A stretch of 64,000 nt of DNA, from NCBI GenBank assembly GCA_963803975.1, contig CAWDOY010000036.1:1-64000 (forward strand), given 5' to 3'. Numbering within the stretch: position 1 is the first letter of the stretch; every line of letters starts with the position of its first letter. The notes below the pieces were generated by a model. It was given only the letters and a program-made list of their open reading frames with translations, did not search any database and was not told where the DNA came from. Of the stretch, positions 53,042-63,933 are shown piece by piece. This DNA comes from an uncultured delta proteobacterium. GTDB taxonomy: Bacteria; Desulfobacterota; WTBG01; CAIYCZ01. The position numbers and the translations under genes are program-made.

Positions 53042-54837
53042 GTGCCCTGTTGCGTCGCTTTTGAACCCCTTGGTATTCATGCTGATTGTGTCCGTGGGTC
53101 ATTGCTCCATGAAGTTGCACGAAACACGGGTATTGCTCTTTTATCAGCATGCGGCGGTAACGGCACCTGCGGGAACTGCAGAATGCAGATTGTTGAGGGA
53201 ACGGTTTCTTCCCCGACCGCACAAGAATATGAAAAATTCGGCATACAAGAAATTGAACAGGGATATCGTCTGGCCTGTCAGACGCAGATCCTTGAAAATA
53301 TCAGAGTATACCTGCCTCCCGCATCGCTTGCGATTGATCAAAGACTCTCCCTCGCCGGTCCGGACAGTGCCGCGCCTTTTGACCCCCTGGTGGAAGAAAA
53401 ACACCTTATCATGCAGCCTCCCCCCGCTTATGACTATCAGACAGATTGGGAGCGGCTGGCTGAAGGGTTACAAGCTTCCTTCGGCATCAGCGCAGCAAAT
53501 CCTGATCTGACCTTACTCCAGCGTCTTCCCGTGCTGCTCAGGGAAAATGGATGGTGCGCCAGAGTGAGTATCCGCAGGGAAGAGGTGATTGATGTCAGAG
53601 CCCCTCATCAAAGTCCTCTGGGTCTGGCTCTGGACATTGGCACCAGCAAGATAGCCGGATATCTGGTGGATATGGAAAGCGGCACCTCTATTGGCATGGA
53701 GGGAATCATAAACCCCCAAATTGCGTATGGTGAAGATGTGATACAGCGTATTTCTTATGCAATGGAACAGGGGGTGCAGCAATTACAAAAGGTGCTCGTA
53801 GCGGGGATAAACAATCTCATTGAAAAACTTTGTTCAAACCCACAGAGGATTGTTGAAACAACCGTCGTGGGTAACACGGTTATACACCATCTGTTGCTCG
53901 GCTTGCCGGTAAAACAGCTTGGCATGGCTCCCTATACAGCTGCGGTACGCTGTGCGCTTGAAGTAAAGGCAAGGGATTTGAACATCTGCAGCGCTCCCGG
54001 AGCATATATTTACCTGTTGCCTGCTATAGCTGGTTTCATAGGGTCTGATCATGTTGCCATGATACTGGCAACGAGAATCCATGATACGCCCAAAACTATA
54101 CTGGGGATTGATATTGGAACAAATACTGAAATAGTCCTTGCCCATAGAGGTGCATTATGGAGCACCTCGTGTGCCTCCGGACCTGCGTTAGAAGGAGGAC
54201 ATATCACATGCGGTATGCGCTCTGTAACAGGGGCTATTGAAAAGGTACGGTTGCACGGCTCAGAAGTTATTTGTGAAACAGTTAATGGTGCCCGGGCGAT
54301 TGGCATATGTGGTTCAGGTAGTATCGATGCTGTTGCAGAACTTTTCCGAACCGGTATCATCAACAGCAGGGGGCAGCTCATGAGCGGACCGGGAGTCCGT
54401 CACAATGGAAAGGAAAAAGAATTTATTCTGGTTCCGGCTGGACAGAGAATGGTATTGGAAAGGATATAACGATTACTCAAAAAGATATCCATGCAATTCA
54501 GCTGGCCAAAGCGGCAGTCAGAACCGGCATTGAAGTACTTCTGAACAAGGCAAACATTACTTCCGATGAGATTGATGAAGTGATTATAACCGGCGGATTC
54601 GGCACCTATATTGATCCTGCAAGCGCTATAGCAATAGGCATGTTTCCTCCTCTCCAACGTGAGAAGTATAAACAGGTGGGTAACGCAGCCGGAATTGGGG
54701 CCAGACTGGTACTTATATCTAAATCACAACGGTCTATTGCAGAACAAATCTCTTCAAGAGTTACGTATGTCGAATTGATGCAACACCCGGGTTTCAGCAA
54801 GAAATTTGCCAGAGCCATGTATATCCCGGGGCTATGA
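53042..54837 (+). CDS. Corrinoid reactivating ATPase (RACo/ASKHA, DUF4445) with N-terminal 2Fe-2S; frameshift ~54450
   Basis: CGGNGTCGNC...RLACQ, ALDIGTS, IDIGTNTEI, SCASGPALEG, GICGSG, GGFG, VGNAAG. Confidence 0.92.
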
Positions 54838-54893
54838 CAGGCTCACATTTTCCAGGGTAATTTATTATGTTTTATAACTCAAGAATACCAGCT

Positions 54894-55466
54894 TCACCGT
54901 AATGCTGCACCAAGCTTTTTCCCTGCATCTTCTGCCCGTTTCATAACCTCAGGCATATCGTACACGTCGTTCATCCCCACTGGTTCAGCCAATGCTGCAA
55001 CGATCTTCATTTTATGACAGTAATCAAGAAACACCTTGAGCGTTTCAATGGTCCGCTCATGACCTGCGCCCGCAACCGTGGTTATTGCGACTGCCGGTTT
55101 CCCGGTAAAAGGTCGTTTCCCCAGCACCTCGATTTCCGCATCAGGGCCGATACCCCGGTAGTAGAGGGCCATATTACGGTCGATGAAGCATTTCATTGCT
55201 CCTGAGACATCCAGGAAGTAGGTGGGTGCGCCGACAATCAGGGCATCAGCCTGCATCAGCTTTTCATATATCTCCTGCATGGCATCCTGAATGATGCATA
55301 TACCGTCATTCATCATGCAGTTAGCACAGCCGGTGCACGGCTTGATTTCATTTTGGGCAAGATATATGAGCTCGTATTCACATCCGGATGCCTCGGCAAC
55401 TTTCTTTACCAGCTTGTTGGTATTACTTTCATCGCGATAACTGCCGCAAATACCCAGTACTTTCAT
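54894..55466 (-). CDS. Flavodoxin family / iron-sulfur flavoprotein (NADPH-dependent FMN reductase-like)
   Basis: GICGSYR..SNT, CTGCANC...C, GAPTYF...MKCFIDR. Confidence 0.9.
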   Translation of the reverse strand: MKVLGICGSYRDESNTNKLVKKVAEASGCEYELIYLAQNEIKPCTGCANCMMNDGICIIQDAMQEIYEKLMQADALIVGAPTYFLDVSGAMKCFIDRNMALYYRGIGPDAEIEVLGKRPFTGKPAVAITTVAGAGHERTIETLKVFLDYCHKMKIVAALAEPVGMNDVYDMPEVMKRAEDAGKKLGAALR

Positions 55467-55505
55467 AACGCCTCCTGATTACTATGATATAGTCCCTTAA
55501 TTGTT

Positions 55506-55668
55506 TTAGCCACGGAACCACACAGATTTTCACAGAGAGAGATTTTTAACATCAGTGTTATTCTGCCGTTCGGCCAGCCTTTCGGCAACGAGCTTTCTTC
55601 GGGTCTGAGTCTCAGCGTCGAAGACAAGGCCGAATTGCTCACGGCGAGGGGTGCTTTCTGTGGCCATA
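55506..55668. repeat. Nested palindromic intergenic element (GCCACGGAA...TTCTGTGGC with inner ttcggcc/ggccgaa and tcttcg/cgaaga pairs)
   Basis: Concentric inverted repeats; outer arms resemble 3915-4059. Confidence 0.5.
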
Positions 55669-55808
55669 AAATCCGTTATGGTAAACGGTAGTATATGAAA
55701 GATGGTGTGTCAAGCGCAACAGAATTATGTTGTAAATTGACTATAAAATATATTTTAAGTATAGTTTGTGACGCTGGTTAAAAGTTAACCTCATTGAGTA
55801 TCGTCTGC

Positions 55809-58134
55809 ATGAGCTCCTGGCTCTTCTCTTTAATCCTGACTGCTGGTCGGCGCCTATTCTATGGCTGCCCAGATCTTTTTTATCAGAGAACTGCTGGTGC
55901 AATTTTTCGGCAGCGAGCTGTGCCTCGGGCTTATATTTTTCTGCTGGTTTCTGGGCATCGCCGGCGGGGCATGGGTTGCCGGCAGGTTCTGTAAAAAGCT
56001 GGAGCATCCCTTGCGGGTCTTCCTGCCATACCTTGTTATTCTCACCATTACCCCGTTCATAGTGATCCCTCTCATGAGAGGGCTGCGAAGCATGATGATG
56101 GTAGCGCCCGGGGAATATATATCCTTAATCAAGATGATTGCGGGTGTTGGTCTGACGGTGTGCCCCTTCAGCTTCTTAATCGGGATTCTATTTCCAATCG
56201 CATGCAGGGCAGCAGAGCGGCAGGAAGCAGGTTCGGCTGCTGTCGGGCTGGTGTATGTGTGGGAATCTGTCGGCAGCCTTCTTGGCGGAGTGATTATCTC
56301 TTTGGTGGTGATACCGGCATACCGTCCGCTCACGGTATTCGGTTCAATTGCCGGTATTATCTGGGCAGCCTCGTTCTGGTTCTTTTTAAAACAATACGAA
56401 GATCGTCTGTCAAAAACTCTAATCTCATTATTACTGGTGTTGTCAGTAAGCATGCTAATGTTGCTGTCCGCAGGAACAATCGCAACATTTGATGACTATT
56501 TAGTCAGGCTGCGCTGGAATACATTTAATAACCGGATGAAGATGCTTGTTTCCCGCGATTCCCGTTATCAGAATTTAATACTGGCTGAGGCAGGTAATCA
56601 ATATGGTGTTTTTGCTGACGGCCAATTGACCGGCAGTTATCCGGAGGAGTATCAGGCAGCACAAAAGGCGCATCTGTTCATGTGTCAGCACCCTGCTCCA
56701 AAGAAGGTACTGCTAATCAATGATGGCTTAACCGGACTTGTGAGAAAAATCCTGCAACATAACGTAAAAACTGTTGATTATATTGAGATTGATACAGAGA
56801 TGGTCAGTTTGGTCATGCCGATTCTCGCAGTCAAAGACAAGAAAGCACTGGCAGATAAACGGGTGAATATTATTTATAAAGACGGCAGACAATTTGTAAA
56901 AGGCATACAGGGAACATATGACCTGATAATGGTAAACACCCCCGAACCGACAACAGCAGCCCTGAACAGGTTTTATACCGTTGACTTTTTTCAGGGAAGT
57001 TAAAAATGCCCTGACTGAAAACGGGGTCATGGTAATCGGTCTGTCAGCGTCATCAAATTATCTGGGAGGCATAATCTCACATTATGCCGCTTTCCTGTAT
57101 GATGGATTGAAAAATGTATTTCCCTATACCCTGGTTATTCCGCAGGAGGATAAAAGTTATTTCTTTGCAGCAACAAAACCTGATCTCTTAACATTGGATT
57201 ACCGGATGCTTCAAAGACGCTATCAGGAGCGCGGCATTCAGTCTGCAAGTATTTCCTGCAGAACTCTTTAGCCTGCTGGTACAGAAAGAAAGAATTGCAT
57301 CGATGACGAGCGCTCTCAACAGAAATACCAACGCTCCCGTTAATACGGATATGCAGCCCATAACCTATTTTTACCAGCTTCTGCTGTGGGAACTATTTAC
57401 CGGAGGGCAAACAGAAGCAGCTATTTTCCAGGCTGTTGCGCGGTATATAGTATTCTTCATAGCAGCAGTGCTGGTAATTTTTTGCCTGGCGCGCAGCCTG
57501 CAAATATATGCCGCAACAGGAAAGAGCGTCAGGCATTTTAATTGCCTCTGGGCAATCGGTACCACGGGATGCACCGGCATGGCCCTTGAGCTGGTCCTTA
57601 TTTTTATGTTTCAAAATATGTACGGGTATATTTGCCAGATGATCGGCATTATAGCAGGCTCATTTATGTTTGGCCTGACCGCAGGCGGATACTCCATCAA
57701 GAGGCTGATAGCTTCCGGGAGGCCCTGCGGCACCAAAACGCTGTTGGCCTGTGAAATTGCGCTGTGCCTGTACGCCGGCCGCTGCCTTTTTCTTTATCAG
57801 GATTGAATATGCTCAAAGGAGCACTGCAGTTTCTTTGTTATTGATGTTACTGCCTGCAGTTTTATGATATTAGTATTTATAGCCGGTTTTATCGCCGGGC
57901 TCTGAATTTCCGCTTGTGAGCCATATCCTTATTTCTCATAACAATGATAATATTGGCACAGCAGCAGGGCGGGTAGATGCAGTAGACCATTTGGGTGCAT
58001 GTGCAGGGTCGCTGTTAACCGGAGCGCTGCTGGTGCCGCTTGCAGGTGTTTATCAGGCCTGCTTTATAATGGGCCTTCTCAATGCATCCAGCGTTTTGTT
58101 TATCGTGCTGCAGATAAGGATGGATAAAAATTAG
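55809..58134 (+). CDS. Membrane-fused spermidine synthase-like methyltransferase, several frameshifts; start uncertain
   Basis: N- and C-terminal TM blocks; DSRYQNL, HPAPKKVLLI, YIEID, DGRQFV, YDLIMV, NRFYTVDFF, NTDMQPI. Confidence 0.8.
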
Positions 58135-58192
58135 AATACATTGTATTTTTAAAAGGATACTATCTGTATCGTAATAAATTAATTTAAATCAG

Positions 58193-60124
58193 ATGGAGGC
58201 GACTGTGTACGGATGGGCAGGAAAAATAGTGCGTGTGGATCTTAATGAAAAAAGAGTTTCAACCACTGACATTGAACAATACTGCGAAGATTTTATCGGC
58301 GGAATCGGCATTGCGGAAAAGATTTACTCGGACGAGGGGCATCCGGATAAGGATGCATTTCACCTTGATAACCCCCTCATCTTCATGACTGGTTCCCTGG
58401 CTGCAACAGCCGCACCTGCTGCCCCGCGCTGGATTGTCTGCGGCAAATCATCGCTCATGTATCCCGAGACATTTTACAGCGGCAGCATGTCCGGTTTCTT
58501 CGGCGCAGAGCTTAAAATGGCAGGGTTTGACGGCATCGTCGTCAAAGGAAAAGCAGAAAGTCCTGTTTATATAAGCATACACGATGAAAAGGTTGAGATA
58601 AAGGACGCACGCCATCTCCGGGGCACTACTAACAGCAAAGTTCAGGACGCTGTACGGAACGCGGAAGGAGATACGGCAAAGCTGCTCAGCATCGGCCCGG
58701 GCGCGGAAAACGGCTCCCGCATCGGGACCATCCTGACCGAGGTTGCAGGGAGCGGCTCCCGCGGGTTTGGCTCAGTGATGGGCGCAAAAAACCTGAAGGC
58801 AATAGCTGTGGCAGGAACAGGGAAGATACCGGTGGCGGATGCGGCGGCAATACAGCGCATACGCACCAGGATAAAAGAGATGACCGGTCCCGGCTACTTT
58901 AATCTTTATGGAAACCCTATTACGCTTCCCGGCTCGACCGTGGTTAAAAAAGTCCATTGCCACGGCTGCCCCATGGGATGCTGGCGGACGCTGCACAAAA
59001 GCCCGGCGGGCAATGAAGGCATTCGCAAGTGCCAGACGCCGCTGTTTTACAGCCTGTGGGACCGGAAGCTGCACAAGGAAGTGACCGAGGCAAGCTTTAT
59101 TGCTACCACCATGGCAAACGACTATTCTTTCTGCGTTCTGGAAATAGTTTTTCTGCTGCTATGGCTTGAGAAGTGCCATGAGCAGGGCATTCTCACCGAG
59201 CAGGAGACAGAACTGCCCATGAGTACGATGGGGAGCCTCGAATTTCTTGAAACGTTTTTTAAGAAAATAACAAAACGGGAAGGATTTGGAGCAGTCCTTG
59301 CCGAGGGAGTTGCACGGGCAGCGCAACAGGTCGGCAAAGCATCAGAAGAGATTGCGGCCTCGCAGCGCGCTTTTCCCTATGGCCCCAAGACATTCACCCA
59401 GTCCGCGCTTCTGTACGCAGTTGAGCAACGGCCCATGGTAACGGAGCTTCATGAAGTGTGCGAGCCGCTTACTAAATGGGCGCTATGGTATCTGTCCAAT
59501 GGAGAAAAATCATATGTGTCCACTGAGGTCCTGAGAAAGATAGGCAGTCGCTTCTGGGGAAGCGAGAAGGCGGTTGATTTTTCAACGTATGAGGGGAAAG
59601 CCCTTTCAGCAATAAAAATACAGAACCGCGAATATGCCAAGGAGTCGCTGATACTGTGTGATTTTGTCTGGCCGGTGTTTGATGATGCAGGCTCCGGGGA
59701 TCATGTGGGTGCCCCGATGCTTGAGAGCCAGCTGCTATCAGCGGTGACAGGGCAAGAGGTGAGCGAGGCAGAATTGGATACGCTGGGAGAGCGAATCTTT
59801 AACCTCAACCGGGCCATTATCCTGCGGGAAGGAAGGAAGGGCAGGGAGGATGACTGTTTGCCCAAAACGCAGTTCATTGAGCGGGTAGAGCCTATTGCCG
59901 ACGTATTCGGCATGCATAACCCGGAACTGCTGCTTCCCGGAGCAGGGGATGAGATCATCTCGCGCAAGGGAAAAGCGCTGGACAAAGAGAAATTCGAGCA
60001 GCTGCTTGATGAGTATTATGAGCTGCGGGGATGGGACAGGGCCACCGGTTTCTTGACAAAGAAAAAACTGGAGGAACTCGGCCTGTCCTGGGTGATTGAA
60101 GGGCTTAAGGAAAAGGTAGTATAA
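58193..60124 (+). CDS. Aldehyde:ferredoxin oxidoreductase family (W/Mo-pterin)
   Basis: GWAGKIVRVDL, LKMAGFDGIVVKG, SIGPGAEN, MGAKNLKAI, CHGCPMGC, YYELRGWD. Confidence 0.92.
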   Translation: MEATVYGWAGKIVRVDLNEKRVSTTDIEQYCEDFIGGIGIAEKIYSDEGHPDKDAFHLDNPLIFMTGSLAATAAPAAPRWIVCGKSSLMYPETFYSGSMSGFFGAELKMAGFDGIVVKGKAESPVYISIHDEKVEIKDARHLRGTTNSKVQDAVRNAEGDTAKLLSIGPGAENGSRIGTILTEVAGSGSRGFGSVMGAKNLKAIAVAGTGKIPVADAAAIQRIRTRIKEMTGPGYFNLYGNPITLPGSTVVKKVHCHGCPMGCWRTLHKSPAGNEGIRKCQTPLFYSLWDRKLHKEVTEASFIATTMANDYSFCVLEIVFLLLWLEKCHEQGILTEQETELPMSTMGSLEFLETFFKKITKREGFGAVLAEGVARAAQQVGKASEEIAASQRAFPYGPKTFTQSALLYAVEQRPMVTELHEVCEPLTKWALWYLSNGEKSYVSTEVLRKIGSRFWGSEKAVDFSTYEGKALSAIKIQNREYAKESLILCDFVWPVFDDAGSGDHVGAPMLESQLLSAVTGQEVSEAELDTLGERIFNLNRAIILREGRKGREDDCLPKTQFIERVEPIADVFGMHNPELLLPGAGDEIISRKGKALDKEKFEQLLDEYYELRGWDRATGFLTKKKLEELGLSWVIEGLKEKVV

Positions 60125-60451
60125 GGTGACGAGGGAAAGAGGTAAATAGGTTTAACCTTTTAACCTCTTGGCCTTTACTGGTCACGAGTCATCCATCCTC
60201 CGCAGTTCACACTCCGCTCGCCTTCAGAAGTAAGCCTGGTGCAGAGTGAAGATCGGGTTTTGCTGGGCGAGGCTACGAAGGACGGGCTGGCCCCGACCCC
60301 CGCGCTCTCGTAATGACAGCAATGGAAATTTTGGGAAGAGTCCTGATGATATTGCTATTGACAGGAATGAGTTAGTGTTTCATATACATATAATTTTCTA
60401 ACACAATAATTCGCGATATTAGTACACACTTATTACAGAACTTCGGTGCCT

Positions 60452-60700
60452 ATGAAACAACCAGCGAAGATGTACATCTATCCAAAATGGTCTCATGAAA
60501 ATCAAACAGCGGTGCTGTTCTGCTCAATAATCGGCTTTGTTTTCGCGGTCTGCGGTGCTGCTCTGCTCCATTACAAGCTGAGGGCAGCGGGGATCGTCAC
60601 CTGGCATATCGGCCTGTTTGCGGTGCTGGTATACGCAGCATATTATATCCGGGGATTATATCAGAAATACATGGATTGCGCGTGGGATGTGTATTATTGA
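60452..60700 (+). CDS. Small hypothetical membrane protein
   Basis: Two hydrophobic segments; upstream TTGACA; followed by a terminator. Confidence 0.45.
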   Translation: MKQPAKMYIYPKWSHENQTAVLFCSIIGFVFAVCGAALLHYKLRAAGIVTWHIGLFAVLVYAAYYIRGLYQKYMDCAWDVYY

Positions 60701-60742
60701 TACGCTATAGCGCTTGAGCAGCGTGACAGTGCGAACACTAAC

Positions 60743-60776
60743 AAAGGCAGTGCTTAATAAACGGGCACTGCCTTTT
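60743..60776. terminator. Bidirectional terminator
   Basis: aaaggcagtgc...gcactgcctttt between convergent genes. Confidence 0.7.
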
Positions 60777-60816
60777 CTGTTGATCTTAATGCATACGCGC
60801 GCTGTGAGAGGATGGT

Positions 60817-61707
60817 TTATTCCTGCTCCCCTGTGCGGTTGAAGGAGAAATGAGGGCCATGGGCAGCCCTGTCATATTCGACGGCTGCCAGACCATCTCC
60901 TTTCAGCTCGAACACAATCCGCTCCGGGTTAATCGGCTCCCCGTTTTTATGCGTCACTGTTACTGCTAATAGATTTATTTCCATAGACCAGACGCCAGTC
61001 TGTTTTACAATCCCCTTCGAGTATCTGGAAAGTAACTCCACGGAATTATTACGCAGCACGTGCAGGGTCTCTTCAACTTTGCCGCCCGCGCCAATGAAAC
61101 TTCGCGTGTAGGTGCCGATGTACAAACGGGAATCAGCGTGTGAAGGGGATACCATGGGATCATGGTCAGCACGGGCAGCGCGCTCACCGCCAGCCGCTGC
61201 TACAAGGACACGGACATTCCTTGCATAGCCATGGGTTACAACAAAGGAAGGAGATGTATTACAATACGCCGGTTCGCCATTGCGCATGATGCGCGCCTGA
61301 ACCGTGTAATGATGGACCGGGTTAATCCTGGCCGGGTCATAGGTAAGCTTGAATGGTATTGGTATGTTACGGACCGATGTAATTTGCTGGTACGCAATAA
61401 CCGCGGCAGAGCTGCGGGAAGAAAAGTCAAGCAGCTGCACCTCAATTACATCATTTGGATGCAAGGGCAGGGCCTGCAGGCAATCAACCGTTCCCGTGAC
61501 AGTGACGGTTATTACCGGCGGAGACTCCGGCGATTTTTGTGAGGGCCTGCCGGTAAGCAGGCCGGTATTTTCTTCACCGGTCCGGTACTTCCACAGGTCA
61601 ATCATGAAGTCGGTGCCGAGCTCGCCGGGGAAAATATCGTGAGGCAGCATCAGGCCCAGTGCCGCAGTAATGGACAGGACAAGCCGCTTGAAGTCTTTAT
61701 TGATCAT
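60817..61707 (-). CDS. YbaY/YscW-family exported protein with C-terminal NlpE-like beta domain
   Basis: VTGTV...IEVQLLD...PIPFKLTYDPARINPVHHYTVQARI. Confidence 0.75.
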   Translation of the reverse strand: MINKDFKRLVLSITAALGLMLPHDIFPGELGTDFMIDLWKYRTGEENTGLLTGRPSQKSPESPPVITVTVTGTVDCLQALPLHPNDVIEVQLLDFSSRSSAAVIAYQQITSVRNIPIPFKLTYDPARINPVHHYTVQARIMRNGEPAYCNTSPSFVVTHGYARNVRVLVAAAGGERAARADHDPMVSPSHADSRLYIGTYTRSFIGAGGKVEETLHVLRNNSVELLSRYSKGIVKQTGVWSMEINLLAVTVTHKNGEPINPERIVFELKGDGLAAVEYDRAAHGPHFSFNRTGEQE

Positions 61708-61815
61708 GTCAGGAATACAGGAATACTACCGCACCGTCTCAATACAGCGATGAAACAGCTGCGCTGGTTGTTAATGTTAATTTGACCATTTGCCTCAGGC
61801 GTTATCCCGGAACAC

Positions 61816-62514
61816 TTACAAAGCTCCGCCTGTCTCGTCCAAAACCTTCTCAAGTCCGTAGCGGGCGAGTTCATCAGCCGTAAGCCAGCGCGCGCCCATG
61901 GTAAAGAATTCTTTGGCATTAAGAAGATTATCGCTCAGCGCCTGCTGGGTTTTATCAAATGTTGCCTCCCACACGGGGATACCCTGTTCAACGTTCAGCA
62001 GGTACAGGGTAAAAGCGACTGAGGCAGGACTGGCGGAGGCCTGGGCAGTGCCGACTCGCTCCTTGTATCTCCAGACAATGCCGACCATCACATGGTCGGC
62101 TCTTCAGCGTTCTGCCCAGTGCGACTGGCCAGTGACTGCGGGGTGTCAGTAGCGGGATTTTTGGTAACCCGTCATATGCAGCCTGAGCCGTCGGAACAGG
62201 AACCAGTGCATCAGCGTATCTCTTTTGCATGGCATCCTGCAGAAAGCCGGTCATAAGCTCGTCGGCATTGCCTTTGACCTCCTTGATGTTAAAGCACAGA
62301 TTGGAAATGGTGCAGTAGAGCAGCGGTTCATGGGATCGCCCAGGCTGCTGTCATGCAGGCCCCTGACAAAAGGCATCAGCGCGATTCGCTGGACTTTTAC
62401 TGCAGAAAGCCCGCTGCGCGCTTTAACGGTTTCCGGTTTTGACAGGCAGCCCGCCAGTACGAAGGTAAGGGACATGGCCACGTATAGCGCCCGCTGTAAT
62501 CGCACCCGTATCAT
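61816..62514 (-). CDS. Hypothetical lipoprotein, frameshifted
   Basis: LAGC lipobox, RIALMPFVRG; C-terminal VWRYKERVG...PASVAF...WEATFDKTQ. Confidence 0.6.
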
Positions 62515-62781
62515 AACAATGAGCTCCTTATAATTCTTTTTACATGCAGCAGAACTGGATATCCATGATGGTTATATTTTTTGTCAAAACATTCTCGTAA
62601 CATGTCTTACATAAAAGTCAATGATATTAACTGAACGGTGTGATAAGGTTATTTACGTTTAATGCTCTGCAGGAGAAGCTGCATGCAAAACGCGCCCGGC
62701 TGAAGGTATGCAAAACGTCATAACAAGCGGGCAGGGTCATGGGCGCCGACTTTTTAACGGATAACTCGAGTTCACAGGCGT

Positions 62782-63933
62782 ATGAAGCGTATAAAAATAA
62801 CGGTATTTTACAGCAGGGGGGGTGGCGGTCATCTTTCAGCATCTGCGGCAATCACCGGCTATTTAAACGGCCGCTACGACATCACCGCGGTCAACCCTTT
62901 CGATGACATTCTGGCGCGTCTCGACCCGATGCGGAAGCTGAGCTGCAACCGGTTGAGCGGCGAAGATACGTACAACTTCCTCATCCGGCATGGATGGTAC
63001 CAGCTGATCAATATCTACGCATGCAGATTCGGGGCTTCATACATCACTGCGGCTGCGCCGCGAATCAGGAGACGGGTGCGCGCATACCTTCAGCGCGAAA
63101 AGCCGGACCTAATTATATCGCTCATCCCTTTTATAAACGCGCCCCTTGCCGATGCCGCGCAGGATCTCGGCATTCCGTTTGTGATCCTGCCCATTGATCT
63201 TGACCCGGAAACATATTTGTGCGGCATGAACGGTTCATCGCACGACCACATCTTTTTTGCCATCCCCTGCGATAGAGAAGAAATAAGGGCAAAAATTACT
63301 TCAGCGGGACTGCCGCAGGAGAACATTCGCGTTACCGGTTATCCGGTACGTCCGGCATTTCTCGCGAACGCTGAACCGGAAAAAATCAAAAAATCACTCG
63401 GCATCTCTTGCGACCGGCCAGTAATTTTCCTGCTGATGGGTGCCAGCGGCGCGAAGAGAGCTGTAAGTTTTACGCAAATGATTGACAGGATCAACCAGCC
63501 CGTGAACCTGCTGATCGGCACTGGCCGCAACAAAGAGCTGCAGGACCGGTTTGCAGGTTTGCCGTCCGTACCGCATGTACAACGACATGTCATAGGGCAC
63601 ACGGAGAGAATAGATGAATTGATGGCAGCAGCCGACCTGCTTGTCACCAAGTCGGGACCGGGCACGATCTTCGAGGCAATACACAGCGATCTGCCGATGG
63701 TGGTGGATGCCACGACGTCGGTCATTCGCTGGGAAAAAATGAATATATCTTTTGTCGAAGAGCATGAGCTCGGCGTGGTGCTGCGGCGCGTGGAGGACCT
63801 GCCGGAGGTTATTTGCCGGCATATGAGCGATGATACGTATCGCGCCGGTATCCGGAGAAATTTTGCGGCGCTCGATAAGCGCCTGTTCGCAGAGGAGTTT
63901 CCGGCCCTGGTTAAAGAGCTTACGGGGGCTTAA
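62782..63933 (+). CDS. Diacylglycerol glycosyltransferase (MGDG synthase/UgtP, GT28-like)
   Basis: GGGGHLSA, TGYPVRPAF, MGASG, TGRNKEL, MAAADLLVTKSGPGTIFEA. Confidence 0.9.
   Translation: MKRIKITVFYSRGGGGHLSASAAITGYLNGRYDITAVNPFDDILARLDPMRKLSCNRLSGEDTYNFLIRHGWYQLINIYACRFGASYITAAAPRIRRRVRAYLQREKPDLIISLIPFINAPLADAAQDLGIPFVILPIDLDPETYLCGMNGSSHDHIFFAIPCDREEIRAKITSAGLPQENIRVTGYPVRPAFLANAEPEKIKKSLGISCDRPVIFLLMGASGAKRAVSFTQMIDRINQPVNLLIGTGRNKELQDRFAGLPSVPHVQRHVIGHTERIDELMAAADLLVTKSGPGTIFEAIHSDLPMVVDATTSVIRWEKMNISFVEEHELGVVLRRVEDLPEVICRHMSDDTYRAGIRRNFAALDKRLFAEEFPALVKELTGA

Noticed and set aside
60356..60390. TTGACA followed by ATGAGT as a fourth TetR operator
   Set aside because: Only a half-site; CTCA is not at the required spacing.
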